Source: Octopus vulgaris (Eukaryota). Taken from it: 64,000 bases of DNA. The notes under the pieces were generated by a model that searched no databases, had not been told where the DNA came from, and worked only from the letters and a program-made list of their open reading frames with translations. The DNA is taken from the NCBI GenBank assembly GCA_951406725.2, contig OX597818.1, forward strand, positions 145,824,001-145,888,000, in the 5' to 3' direction. Position numbers and translations under genes: made by a program. This document shows positions 14,691-26,484 of this stretch, piece by piece. Numbering within the stretch: position 1 is the first letter of the stretch; every line of letters starts with the position of its first letter.

Positions 14691-15527
14691 TTAAAGTGGG
14701 CAGAGTGATGGGTCTCATTTGAACAGCATCAGGAGGTAAAATGAGATGTGATATGCAGAGCACTGAGTGATAAGGTGGACTCAGTGATTCCCAACATGAG
14801 GCATATGCTCCACCAGTGAGTCCTTGAAATTTTGTTGGGCTGTGGGGTCCAAAAGTTTTTCCTTCCTTTTTTTTTCTAGTGGGACATAAAATTGTGAAAA
14901 TCATTTTTTTTTCACTGCAAACATACTACACCTATTTTTTTTTCCAACCATTGATGAAGCATATATTTTTCTGAAAAGTTATAGTGAAAACCGGTTAAAA
15001 AACACTGGTATAACCTTTAAACACTATCCTGGAGTTGGACTATATGTTGCTCTGAATGGATGGAATTGGCGAGCAAGAGGAATGACATCAGGATGAAGAG
15101 AACAAAGTTGGTAGAAGGAGCAAGACTATAAGGAAGCAGGATACATAGGGATGGTATCAGGAGGAAAGTGATTGGCCATAGCAGAGGTTCCCATTGGTGA
15201 GGAAGGCTCGGTGTCTGATGGAAAAAGATAGGGGTATTAGGGTAAGTCGGTGTGCATGGGAGGTATTTGCAATAACAGAGATGGACAAAACTAGAGGTGA
15301 GTGATAAGATAAAAGCAATGGGTGGCAAGAGAAGCACTTCAGAGGAGACAAAGTGCCAGATGGAAACATAGCATGCAGAAATGAGTGTATTAGAATGATG
15401 GTGGTCTAATACTGACTACTATATAGGCCTAGTGAAGGGCAAGTGGGTAGAGTGATGTGAATGTACAGTTGTAAAGGGGATAAAAGATGGAGGAGGGACT
15501 GGAGTGAAAGGGTGTGGTTCAGGCAAT

Positions 15528-15830
15528 AGACTTTGTTAAGTTTACCTTGAAGACTCTTGATTCTAGGTTTAGCTTCCAAGCCTAGAATTAATCGTTAATT
15601 CTGCTCTAGATTCAGCAGTAAGAACCAGATCATCAGCAAAGTTTTAGTTGCCAGTAGATTACTGAGCATGGTACCCAATCAAAAGCCTTCTTCAAGTCAA
15701 TGTATATTAAGTATAGTCATTTACTCTTAGCTAAGAAATTGTACTCTAGTTGTCTCACTTCAAAGATGGCATCTGTGACACCCCTTCTGGGTATAAAAAT
15801 GAACTGTACTTCATTTAAACTATTCAACTA
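15528..15830 (-). mobile_element. RTE-clade LINE reverse-transcriptase fragment with internal deletion
   Basis: Minus strand gives EVQFIFIPRRGVTDAIFEVRQLEYNFLAKSK*LYLIYIDLKKAFDWVP joined to FADDLVLTAES. Confidence 0.85.
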
Positions 15831-16242
15831 TAGTAGTGAGAACTATTCAACCATTGTAATGTTGGTCTAAAAGAAAATGCTTATAATACACACTGTAAAG
15901 TGGTTGGCATAAAAAATACCTTCCAGCCACCGAGAATAAGCCAAATACCAGGTGAGAGCAATTAATCCTTAAATGGAATAGCTCCCAATAGGGTGACTTT
16001 GATCATGAAAACTCACCAAACTTATTCCAGCATAGAATGCAAACATAAAATAATGAGGATGAGGATTCATATACAGATATTTACAATATCAATGGTAGTG
16101 CTCCATCATGACCACAGCTTTCAAGCAGAAACTAATTAGAGTTAAAAGTATACATGTATGCATGTATGTATACATGTGAATGTATGGACATATATATATA
16201 TGTATGCAGCAATATATGATATGCACATTTATATGTATACGG

Positions 16243-16390
16243 CAGAATCATTAGCATGCTGAACAAAATGCTTTGAGCTATTTCTTCCAACTTTACATCC
16301 TGTATTTTAAATAGGGCCATGAATGAATGTTGCTGTGCATCATTTCAGAGTTGATAAAAAAATACCAGTTGAACACTGGGATCAATGAAA
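16243..16390 (+). mobile_element. SINE family 'B' fragment
   Basis: gcagaatcattagcatgctgaacaaaatgctt...aaataccagttgaacactggg, homologous to the 49697 copy. Confidence 0.65.
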
Positions 16391-16511
16391 CCATATATAT
16401 ATATAGTATATGCATATATAATATATATACATATATATATATATATAACTATATATGTATATATACTATATATACCTATATATAACTATATATAATTATA
16501 TGTATATATAA

Positions 16512-16572
<61 letters not shown>

Positions 16573-16746
16573 TAATATATATATATACGTGTATATAAAT
16601 ATATATATATATGTACATATATATATAAAACTTACTTGGAAATGGATGCGTGGCATTCAATCATATAATAATATTAAAAAAATATATATATATGCATGCA
16701 TACATACATATATGTACATACTTACATATATATGTATATACACATA

Positions 16747-17091
16747 CATATATGGGTACATATATGGGTCATAGAATGCAAACAACATGAAATACATAAA
16801 CATGGAATACAAACTTTTTTTTTGCGAACAATGGAAGAAACAAATGGAAAACAAGACAAGCATCATAAAGAACGACCCTTCATTAGTTGTCGGCTGTTTT
16901 ATCTACTCCACATTTCGATTAGATAAAACAGCCAACAACTGATGAAGGGTCGTTCTTTATGATGCTTGTCTTGTTTTCCATTTGTCCCTTTCGCTGTTTG
17001 CAAAAAAAGTTTGTATTCCATGTTTTCATATTTCATGTTGTTTTTGTATTTCATGTTGTTTTCATTCTATGACGTCCTGTACCCGTATATG
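16747..17091. repeat. Long fold-back palindrome (arms about 160-170 bp, 14-nt loop at 16906-16919)
   Basis: acaaatggaaaacaagacaagcatcataaagaacgacccttcattagttgtcggctgttttatcta pairs with tagataaaacagccaacaactgatgaagggtcgttctttatgatgcttgtcttgttttccatttgt (2 differences). Outer parts pair with indels. Confidence 0.95.
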
Positions 17092-17237
17092 CATGTGTTT
17101 GCATCTGTCAAGTGTGTTATATAAGTCAACAAATTTTGAGAAAAATTAATTTAGATGTGCTTTATTTCTTACGTATGACACAGTTATTCATATGCAGACT
17201 ATATCTACTTTTATACATGAAGCAAACCCTTGTGATT

Positions 17238-17329
<92 letters not shown>

Positions 17330-17338
17330 CACACACAT

Positions 17339-17386
<48 letters not shown>

Positions 17387-17481
17387 AGAGAGAGAAAGAA
17401 AGAGAGAGATTGTTGATGGTTTATGACTTTATAAATTATTATATATACACACAGATAGGGACAGATGAGGCTGTTTATATT

Positions 17482-17632
17482 CATGGCTGTGTAGTTAGGA
17501 AACTTGCTTCCCAACCATGAAATTTTAGATCCAATCCAACTTCATGGTACCTTGGGCAAGTATCTTCTACTATAGCCCAGTGCTGACCAAAATCTTATGA
17601 ATGGATTTATTAGGTGAAAACTGAAAGAAGAC

Positions 17633-17681
<49 letters not shown>

Positions 17682-17945
17682 TATGTGTGTGTATGTATTT
17701 CTGTGTATCCTTGCTAGACATCATGTGATGATTGTAAATAAGCATCAGTGTCTTAATAGCAAGGTGGTTTGATTCCAGTCTTCCATTAAAAAAAAAAAAA
17801 AGGTCTAGCTATGGGAACATATGATTTTACTTGCAAACAAGTGAGAATTTGTGAAAGGGAGAGCATTCAGCCATAGAAAATCTGTCCCAACAAATTCTGT
17901 CTAACCCATGTAAGCATAGAAAAATGGATGTTAAATGATTATGAT
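17482..17945 (+). mobile_element. tRNA-headed SINE, family 'A' head with RTE-type 3' tail
   Basis: Head and body match the 17991 copy up to the internal microsatellite. The tail ...cagccatagaaaatctg...aacccatgtaagcatagaaaaatggatgttaaatgat matches the RTE 3' end at 48640-48790. Confidence 0.75.
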
Positions 17946-17990
17946 AATGATGATACATATATCAATATATAAATATATCTCAACATGTAT

Positions 17991-18161
17991 AGGTGCAGGA
18001 TTGGCTGTGTGGTAAGTAGCTTGCTTACCAACCACATGGTTCTGGGTTCATATCCCACTGCATGGCACCTTGGGCAAGTGTCTTCTACTATAGCCTCGGG
18101 CCGACCAAAGCCTTGTGAGTGATTTTGATAGATGGAAACTGAAAGAAGCCCGTCATATATC

Positions 18162-18250
<89 letters not shown>

Positions 18251-18507
18251 GTGTGTGTGTATATATATGTATGTATGTGTGTGTATATGTTTGTGTATCT
18301 GTATTTGTTCCCCCAACATCGCTTGACAACCGATGGTGGTGTGTTTATGTTCCTGTAACTTAGCGGTTCAGCAAAAGAGACCAATAGAATAAGTACTAGG
18401 CTTCCAAAGAATAAGTCCTGGGGCCGATTTGCTCAACTAAAAAAGAAAAGGTGGTGTTCCAGCATGGCCGCAGTCAAATGACTGAAACAAGTAAAAGAGT
18501 AAAAGAG
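17991..18507 (+). mobile_element. Full-length tRNA-headed SINE (family 'A') with internal microsatellite
   Basis: A-box-like TGGCTGTGTGGT and B-box-like GGTTCATATCCC; ends cagtcaaatgactgaaacaagtaaaagagtaaaagag. Many homologues in the window. Confidence 0.9.
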
Positions 18508-18845
18508 TTTGTGTGTCATGTGAGTAAAAGTATATATTTGTGTATATAACAGCAGTTGAGTAATTGTTCATGTATATGTGTGGAAGTTTGAGCATCAGTG
18601 CATATACCAGCAGTACAAAACATTTAGATGGCTTCTAACCACTCAATAAACTGCAAACAAAGGCTCACATAAATATAAATGCACGCCAAGGGAGGAGACA
18701 AGAAACAAAGAAACACAATAACTCACAACTTGATGAAGTCAATTGCAAATATATATATATTTGTGTGTGTGTAAGAAGGAAAACAACTGAAAACAAAAAT
18801 ATCCATTCTCAGATATACACCAACAATAAATGCACACACACACAC

Positions 18846-19158
18846 ACTGGGTGTCCTACTTCCAAAATGTATACATACATTGAATAAGTATTAAGTCAGT
18901 GTTTATTAGAAAACATTTCAATTTCAAAATTTAATAGAATTTCCAAACAGATTTCAATTTTTTTTTTTGTTGTTGATTGTCTGTTTTCCTGATGATCATT
19001 TTGGTCCAGGCACTGCTAATAATGTAAAGCAATGGGATCACAAACATCAAAACCTTTACATTCAGTATTTGTGTGCATTCTCATTCAATAGCTGCCCTCA
19101 ATTCATTGACTGTTGCGAGTTTTATACCATAAACTTTATCTTTTAGGTGTCCTCAGAT
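18846..19158 (-). mobile_element. Tc1/mariner transposon 3' relic
   Basis: Minus strand gives (W)GHLKDKVYG...ATVNELRAAIE*ECTQI, typical of the transposase C-terminus following the SPDL motif. Confidence 0.65.
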
Positions 19159-19207
19159 ACACACACACATTTATATGCATATTTATATGTATATATGCAT
19201 ATATATA

Positions 19208-19265
<58 letters not shown>

Positions 19266-20116
19266 TATATGTATACACACACACACACATACACTCACAC
19301 ACACATCTTTCATATGGTGGTTCCACTAACCTGTTTCAATGGTTCCCTGCTCTAAGGATTCACATAGTTGGGGAGTAATAATTTATGTTACAAAATGCAC
19401 TTCAAGGTGTGACGTTTTACCAAAAGATCTGGGCTTGCCAGAGAGTTCCATACTCCACTCATATACTCAAAACAGTTTGATGATAATTCTCATAGGCTCG
19501 TGTAAGGAATCAGAGCCACAAAACATTACTGGTATTTTAGGCTTCATACAATACACACATGTTTCAGAAAGTGGATTGTTGTTACTACATAAGCTGATTG
19601 GCTTGGTTACATATTACCATCCACTCACTTCCTTAACATTATAAGAGAAGCATGCATACCTTCATCTACCCAAATATACAAATTAGGTACCAGATAGTTG
19701 GTGTAACAGAATTGAGGGTACTAGAATGTAAAATAGGATTGTGTGAGATAGGAATGGTAGGGGTAGGACAGAAATGTTTTAAATCTGTAATTATCCTCTA
19801 CTCATTAAGATAGATCCGCATGCACACACACACACACTCAAAGAAAATAATGGCTAAAAGACAATGAAGCATCAATGATAAAAACAACATCCACCACAAA
19901 AATAATGACAATGAAATCAAGAAGAGTCAGTGGTATAACATTGATTTTGTAAAGTGAGTTGATAATCAGCATTGATACCTATAAGATATCTAGGTCAAAG
20001 TACTGCAATTTTGGTAGACACTGGGGGATCAGTGTGTTCATAAACTATTTAAACACAGAGACAATGGCACCCCTGCTAATGCACAAACTGATACAGCCAT
20101 AACTAGGGTGTATGTA

Positions 20117-20159
<43 letters not shown>

Positions 20160-20292
20160 GGAATAATTACTATGAAGAATTGTGCAGAATATATTTTATA
20201 ATGGATTGTGGGTAAGGCCAAAACAATGCGAAGTAAATGCAAGGTAAATCACAAGAAAACAAATATGTGAATTAATGTAGACGTAACTTGTA

Positions 20293-20328
20293 TTCAATAT
20301 TTCGGGGTTATGACCCCATTTTCAGGAA
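20293..20328 (-). ncRNA. Decayed type-I hammerhead ribozyme motif (PLE-type)
   Basis: Minus strand: ttc CTGAAAA t GGGGT cata ACCCC GAAA tatt gaa. Stem II is perfect; core G8 is A and the cleavage triplet has decayed. Confidence 0.5.
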
Positions 20329-20878
20329 ATTGATGAATGTCGCTGATGTGCATATGTGTGAGCATGTGTGGAGTAGATATGCACACATTCTCACACATAT
20401 GTTCACACACACACATACATACATACATACATACATACATACACATATAATAAATAAGAAACAAGCAAATCTTGTTTTAAATATATATACACATTCTCAT
20501 TGAAACAATGATGCAAAATTTAAAATTTATATATGTATACACACACACACACACACACACACTGGTGGACAAAATGACAGAGCTACCAATATAGATATCT
20601 AAATAAATAGAGGATTTAGATATTGTTTATCATTCAGTCTAACCAATAGTAAGATATTATTGATCATATAACTAATGTTATAATTATGCAAAATTATGTT
20701 AGCTTGTTCAACCATGTCAAGCTGGAAAAAAAGCTGCAGTCTATCATGTTGAGAATAGGAACTGAGTACAGATTTATCTACTAAATCCAGACCTTTTTAC
20801 AATGTGTCATACCCTTTAGAACATTTTGTAACGTATATATTGACAGACAGACAGACTAAAATGAGACCATGATTCAGC

Positions 20879-21007
20879 TCCACATTACTTAAAGTTTCAA
20901 GGATGTACAACACATTAATATCATCACATATTCCCAGTCAGACCCTAAGATCAAACATCTGATGATGGGATTCGTTCTTTGCTTCAAAAAACTTTAAGTA
21001 ATGTGGA
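20879..21007. ncRNA. Two decayed type-I hammerhead motifs in inverted orientation
   Basis: Plus 20955-21004: acat CTGATGA ... aAAAC TTTAA GTA atgt. Minus 20882-20931: atat GTGATGA ... GAAAC TTTAA GTA atgt. A perfect 19-bp inverted repeat (tccacattacttaaagttt) links them. Confidence 0.6.
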
Positions 21008-21249
21008 CTGGAGTTAAACTGCTAATAAATACACCCAACTCCAAATGAGATTTGTGATTGCTATTCCTTGTTGCTTTTTGTCATTCACTCATATATGTAT
21101 GCATACATATATGCATGTATAAATACATACATATATACGTGCAATAATGGTATGTACATCAATTGCTTTATATATGTATATAATTATTAAGACATATATC
21201 GATATTTCTACATTAGCACACACTCAAACATAAATGTATATATATATAC

Positions 21250-21543
21250 AATTTAAAAATAAGATAAAATCTTTATAAGAATTTATCAAGTAGTTAACAT
21301 GAAAAACCTCATAAGAGAAAAAATCCATCAATTTTTTCACTTAAATATATTTATTTATATTATATAGAGGGCATTACTATACATAAATGCCACATGCTAT
21401 GAGGGACTCTTAAAGTCAAAACTACCAAAATAAAAAAACACATCATACCGGTATGATGTGTTTATTTATTTTGGTAGTTTTGACTTTAAGAGTCTCTCCT
21501 AGCGTGTGGCATTTATGTATAGTAATGCCCTCTATATAATATA
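21250..21543. mobile_element. (TA)n-embedded element: about 100-bp leader plus loopless palindrome 21356-21543
   Basis: 94-bp arms centred on cataccggtatg with few mismatches. Sister copy lacking most of the hairpin at 60771-60945. Confidence 0.9.
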
Positions 21544-21584
21544 TATATATATATATATATACATACCATACCAGATAGACACAG

Positions 21585-21862
21585 ATGGTGTATGGCCAAG
21601 TGGTTAGGGTGTTGCACATACAACCATGATATTATGAGTTCGATTCCTCAGACTAAGCTGTGTGTTCTGTTTTTGAGCAAAACAGCTCATCTCACATGGC
21701 TCTGCGATCACTTCAACATGTGACATGTAGCACACTGTGGAGATGCACAGACAACATTGATCTGATGCAGTGAGTGAGCTGATGAGCAGCACAAACATTT
21801 GATCACTATAAACAAATAAATTGCACAGATTATTTGGCAAGACATTGCTGAACCATCATTCT
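21585..21862 (+). mobile_element. tRNA-headed SINE (another family)
   Basis: A-box tggccaagtggt and B-box gagttcgattcc, followed by a tgagcaaaaca core-like segment. Confidence 0.7.
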
Positions 21863-22739
21863 TGAACTCAAAAGACTAACGAATGATGCTTTTATGCAAC
21901 GTGGATGTTCTGTAAGAACTGCACTATGCAGTTGTCTTAGAGAACCTCTCATATTGGCTTTTAAGACAAAATGCACTTTTATTTATATCACTAGTGGAAA
22001 GCTAAATCCTTCCCACCTCCAACACCAAAACCTTCAGATGCTCCACCACTAGAAATAGCAGTGATTCATCTCCCCCACCAGCAATATATAGAATAACAGT
22101 GCCAGAATATACATATATATATATGCACACACACACATATATATATATATACATATCTATATATGCACACACACACACGCACACATAAATGTATAAATAT
22201 GTATGCATTCATATCTCAATATATTCAAACACATAATGTTCTTTGCTTGAGGTGATTGTAGGTTTGTAGTCTGCAGCAAGACAAGACTCACTTCCCTCAG
22301 CAGAATGCATAACCTTATTCAAGACCAACAGACAGCACCTATAAAATGCTTATTACATACTCGCCAATGATCAGCTCAAGATCAAAGTAAAGATACCAAG
22401 TTGCAAAACCCTCAGCTGCTGTCTACAACAGGCAAGTGTACCATATATATACAAAAATCATAAAGAATGAAAATTCATTATCAATGATAATTCTTTATTT
22501 ATTTTTAATATATTCTGTGATTAATTCACTGAAAATAATTGGTGTTGAGCATCAGATTCACAAATTGTACCCATCAAAAGAAATTAATAACAACGTCTAT
22601 GGACTGCTGTAGTACTAACCATATACTTAAGGTAGGCAAGTCCTATTTCTACGCAGTGCATAAAGAGGTATTTGTCTGGAATTATTTAATACCTATTTAC
22701 CTTCCCAAATATATGTATATATATATATATGTGTGTGTG

Positions 22740-22836
<97 letters not shown>

Positions 22837-22943
22837 GTGTATACACACACACATACATAAATATTGATATATATGTATAAGTTTATACTTATGTATATAC
22901 ATGTATATATCTTTCTATCTTTCTATCTATCTATCTATCTATC

Positions 22944-23010
<67 letters not shown>

Positions 23011-23247
23011 GGTGGAAGTCAACTGATGACTGAGTAGGACCACTTCCTAAACTCAGTATGTCCATGCAGATGTTCCAAATATCCAAGAAGTTACTTACTA
23101 TGCCTGAATTTGGTTGGGGTGGATAAAATATTGATCACTGAACCCACTTCACAGACATACAACAGAGGTTGAGATAACCAGAACACACTGCACTTCAGCT
23201 TTTTATTTTTTTCATATATATAAAAGTTTACCTCCTCCTAGAAGGAA

Positions 23248-23360
23248 GTTCGAATCAGAACAAGGAGTCCTTCACTCCCAGTGGTTCACATGCCAGTTAA
23301 CTTATAGCTGGGACCCTAAAAGGTGCTAATCAGAGTAGACCTGAACAACTGGCTAAGAGG
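23248..23360 (+). ncRNA. Decayed HDV-like ribozyme fold
   Basis: Elements in order: P1 gttcgaat, P2 cctt, P3 cac-tccca-gtg, P1' gttcacat, g, P4 ccagtt...aactgg, J4/2 CTAA, P2' gagg. Confidence 0.5.
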
Positions 23361-23898
23361 TGGTCCCACACTCCTCAAACCCCAGTGCCCCAATGCAGGA
23401 TCCAGTTTAAAGTCATACACAGGACATACATACATACATGCATCCATCCATTCATTCATCCATCCTTCCAAATATCCAGCCAACCAGCCAGCCAGCCATC
23501 CATCCATCCATACATACATACCTACGTCCAACTGACTATACACACATGTATACATGCATACATACAATATAAATGTAGGCATACTTATATTGTTACAAAT
23601 TTAGCTTCACAAACACGTCTTCAGGATTTAGTGCCACTGCATATCAACAGGTGCATCGAATTTAATGTAGCAATGTAGCCCTGGGCTAAATGATAATTGG
23701 TCACTTATTAAATGTAACTATTGCTGTAGTACACGTGGTGCATACACTCCTACAACACCGTTTTGCTTATGTGCTATAAATGCAGAAGTAAATCTGCCTT
23801 CAACTCAGTCGTGGGCCTGTGTTTAGGTTATTTTTCATGTGTTTTACTACATAAAGGTCACAAACTGCCTGCCCTGAGTAATTACTAATGGCATGTGC

Positions 23899-23944
<46 letters not shown>

Positions 23945-24478
23945 TACACACACACATATATATATATGTATATATATATATTTGTATATGTATGTATATA
24001 TATATATAGTTTGTGTGTGTGTGTGTGTGTATGTACATATACATATATACATACATACATGCATACATATATATAGAGAGAAAAGAGGGGGTGGAGAAAA
24101 AGTAAGATGTGTGTATATATATATATAGATAGATAGATAGGTATTTATAGATACATTTATAGTTATATACATATAGTTTTATGTGTACATGTGTGTATGT
24201 ATGTGTGTATGTATGTATGAATATATGTAGGTTTATTAGTTTGTATGTATTTTATAAGTGAAAAGTGGAGTTTATAGTATAACCTTTCTTCCATGGTTTA
24301 CAATTGTTTCAGTTTAAGGTGACCAATCATATATCATGTTGACATGGGTATTGATGAGAACAACAACTTAGTGAGGCACACTATGTAATTTCTATTACAC
24401 AACAGTACCAGACTTTCTTTCTTCACAATGCATACATACACACATATTCCTATAAATATATTATACATATATATATGA

Positions 24479-24513
<35 letters not shown>

Positions 24514-25318
24514 CATACATGTATATATATGATGAGAAGATAGGGATAAATTATCTAGGTGGGTACTGTAAAAGCACTCACTTAGAATCCAGGTTCAGGT
24601 TGGGTGCATCAAATTATAAGGAGCACCTAAGATTACTCAGAGTGAGTAACCTGGCTGTGATTCATCTGATGGATAAATCCTGGGTTCACTTTGCTGGTTT
24701 AATGAGTGTATATCCAAGATAATCACAATGAAAATGAAGATTATATCATTTGCATATTTTTTTTATTTCTACAGTCAATTATATAGCATATTTGGTTTAA
24801 ATTTGTCTGATACACACTCCTGCTGCATAGAAAACTAGTAAGTGTAATTGCATTCAGCTATTTTCAACTGGTTAGCAGTCTTTACAACTTCATTCAAGGT
24901 CTGTCCACAGATGTAGTCCAAAGTGAACTAAGTGTATGTATCTTGTTAGTATTACTCTTTGTAATCTAACCATTATGGGTATAAAATGAGGAGAAACTAA
25001 AGATGATATAGCACTACTTTGACTCTGATCACCTGAGGATGCACGTGTATACAGCTATTGTTAAATCATACCAGTGCAATATTGCATATAACATATGTAA
25101 CATTCAGCAATTAACAGCTGATAATGATGTGTTGAAGCAATTGTAACAATATGTAATGAAGCTGGTTCACAGTTTTCCCATAGGAAGGGCATTGAGCCAT
25201 GGGAACCACACCAAAGTAGACATGGAACCTGAACAGGCCTTCAGCTGGCCAGATCCTGTCAAATTGTCCAACCCATGCCAGCATGGAAAATGGACATTAA
25301 ATGATGATTATAATGGTG

Positions 25319-25388
<70 letters not shown>

Positions 25389-25670
25389 ATATAAAACCCA
25401 TGTAGTAGATATATGGTCACAAAGACCAGAATCCATGAACTTTTATCATAATTAAAGTCTAAAGACATTAAATTCAGTGGTTCTACTCCTTTGGCTGGTC
25501 CAGCAACATTTCCAAGGTGAATTGTAACAGAGATGATGGAGAAGGTAAAAGACTAAGAATGTCGAGAACAACAACATATAAGTGAGACAGAAAATTTTAA
25601 ACATATACATATATATATATACTATAAGCAAATGTTGTACATATAAATACATATATATATATATATATAT

Positions 25671-26003
25671 GCTGAGACCCCCTTTGGTAATGATTGACCA
25701 TGGGATTGCACCTAGAAAGTTACCCTCCCAGGCACAAGTCCAAGCAAAGTTGTTTAGGGAAGACCAGCAGTTGCCCATGCATACTGGGCCTCCCCTCTCC
25801 ATGCCATCGATATTATCCAAGGGAAAGGCAAAGGGGCTGATACAGCTTAGCACCAGTGATGACGCAACTCATTTCTACAGCCGAGTGAACTGGAGCAACA
25901 TAAAATAAAGTGTCTTGCTCAAGAACACAACATGCACCCCGGTCCAGGATTCGAACTCACAACCTCATGACCGATGCTCTAACCACTGAGCCATGCACCT
26001 TCA
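25671..26003 (-). mobile_element. tRNA-headed SINE with core-type central domain
   Basis: Minus strand: tgaaggtgcatggctcagtggttagagc...gtgagttcgaatcctgg...tcttgagcaagacactttatttta. Same head as the 50519 copy. Confidence 0.8.
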
Positions 26004-26005
26004 CA

Positions 26006-26037
<32 letters not shown>

Positions 26038-26072
26038 TACACATATATATGTATATATATACATACACAAAC

Positions 26073-26484
26073 AGGTGTGACTGTGTGGTAAGATGTTTGG
26101 TTCCTAACTACATGATTCTAGGTTTGGTCCTACTGCATGGCACCTTGGGCAAGTTTCTTCTACTATAGCCCTAGGCCAACCAAAGCCTTGTGAGTGGATT
26201 TCGTAGATGGAAACTGAAGAAACCCATTGTGTATATATTTGTATATATCTGTGTGTTCATGTCTTTGTATATGTGTTTCTCCCCAACCACCACTTGACAA
26301 CTGGTGTTGGTTTGTTTATGTTCCCATAAGTTTGTGGTTTTGGCAAAAGTGACTGATAGAATAAGTGCCATGCTTAAAAAATAAAAGATTGGTACTGGGA
26401 TCGATTTGTCCAACTAAACCCTTCAAGATGGTGCACTCGCATGGTCACAGTCCAGTGGCTTAAAACAAGTAAACGACAAAAGAT
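26073..26484 (+). mobile_element. SINE family 'A'
   Basis: Colinear with 17991-18507. Confidence 0.9.

Noticed and set aside
15017-15520. Purine-skewed segment with ORFs (similar pyrimidine-skewed segment at 62520-63210)
   Set aside because: Probably decayed retroelement sequence, but I found no motif firm enough to classify it.
17991-18070. tRNA-like A/B boxes (here and in other SINE heads)
   Set aside because: No full cloverleaf, and each continues into a repeated SINE body, so they are not tRNA genes.
23012-23056. CTGATGA followed by the hairpin ctgagt...actcag
   Set aside because: No GAAA follows the stem, so it is not a hammerhead.
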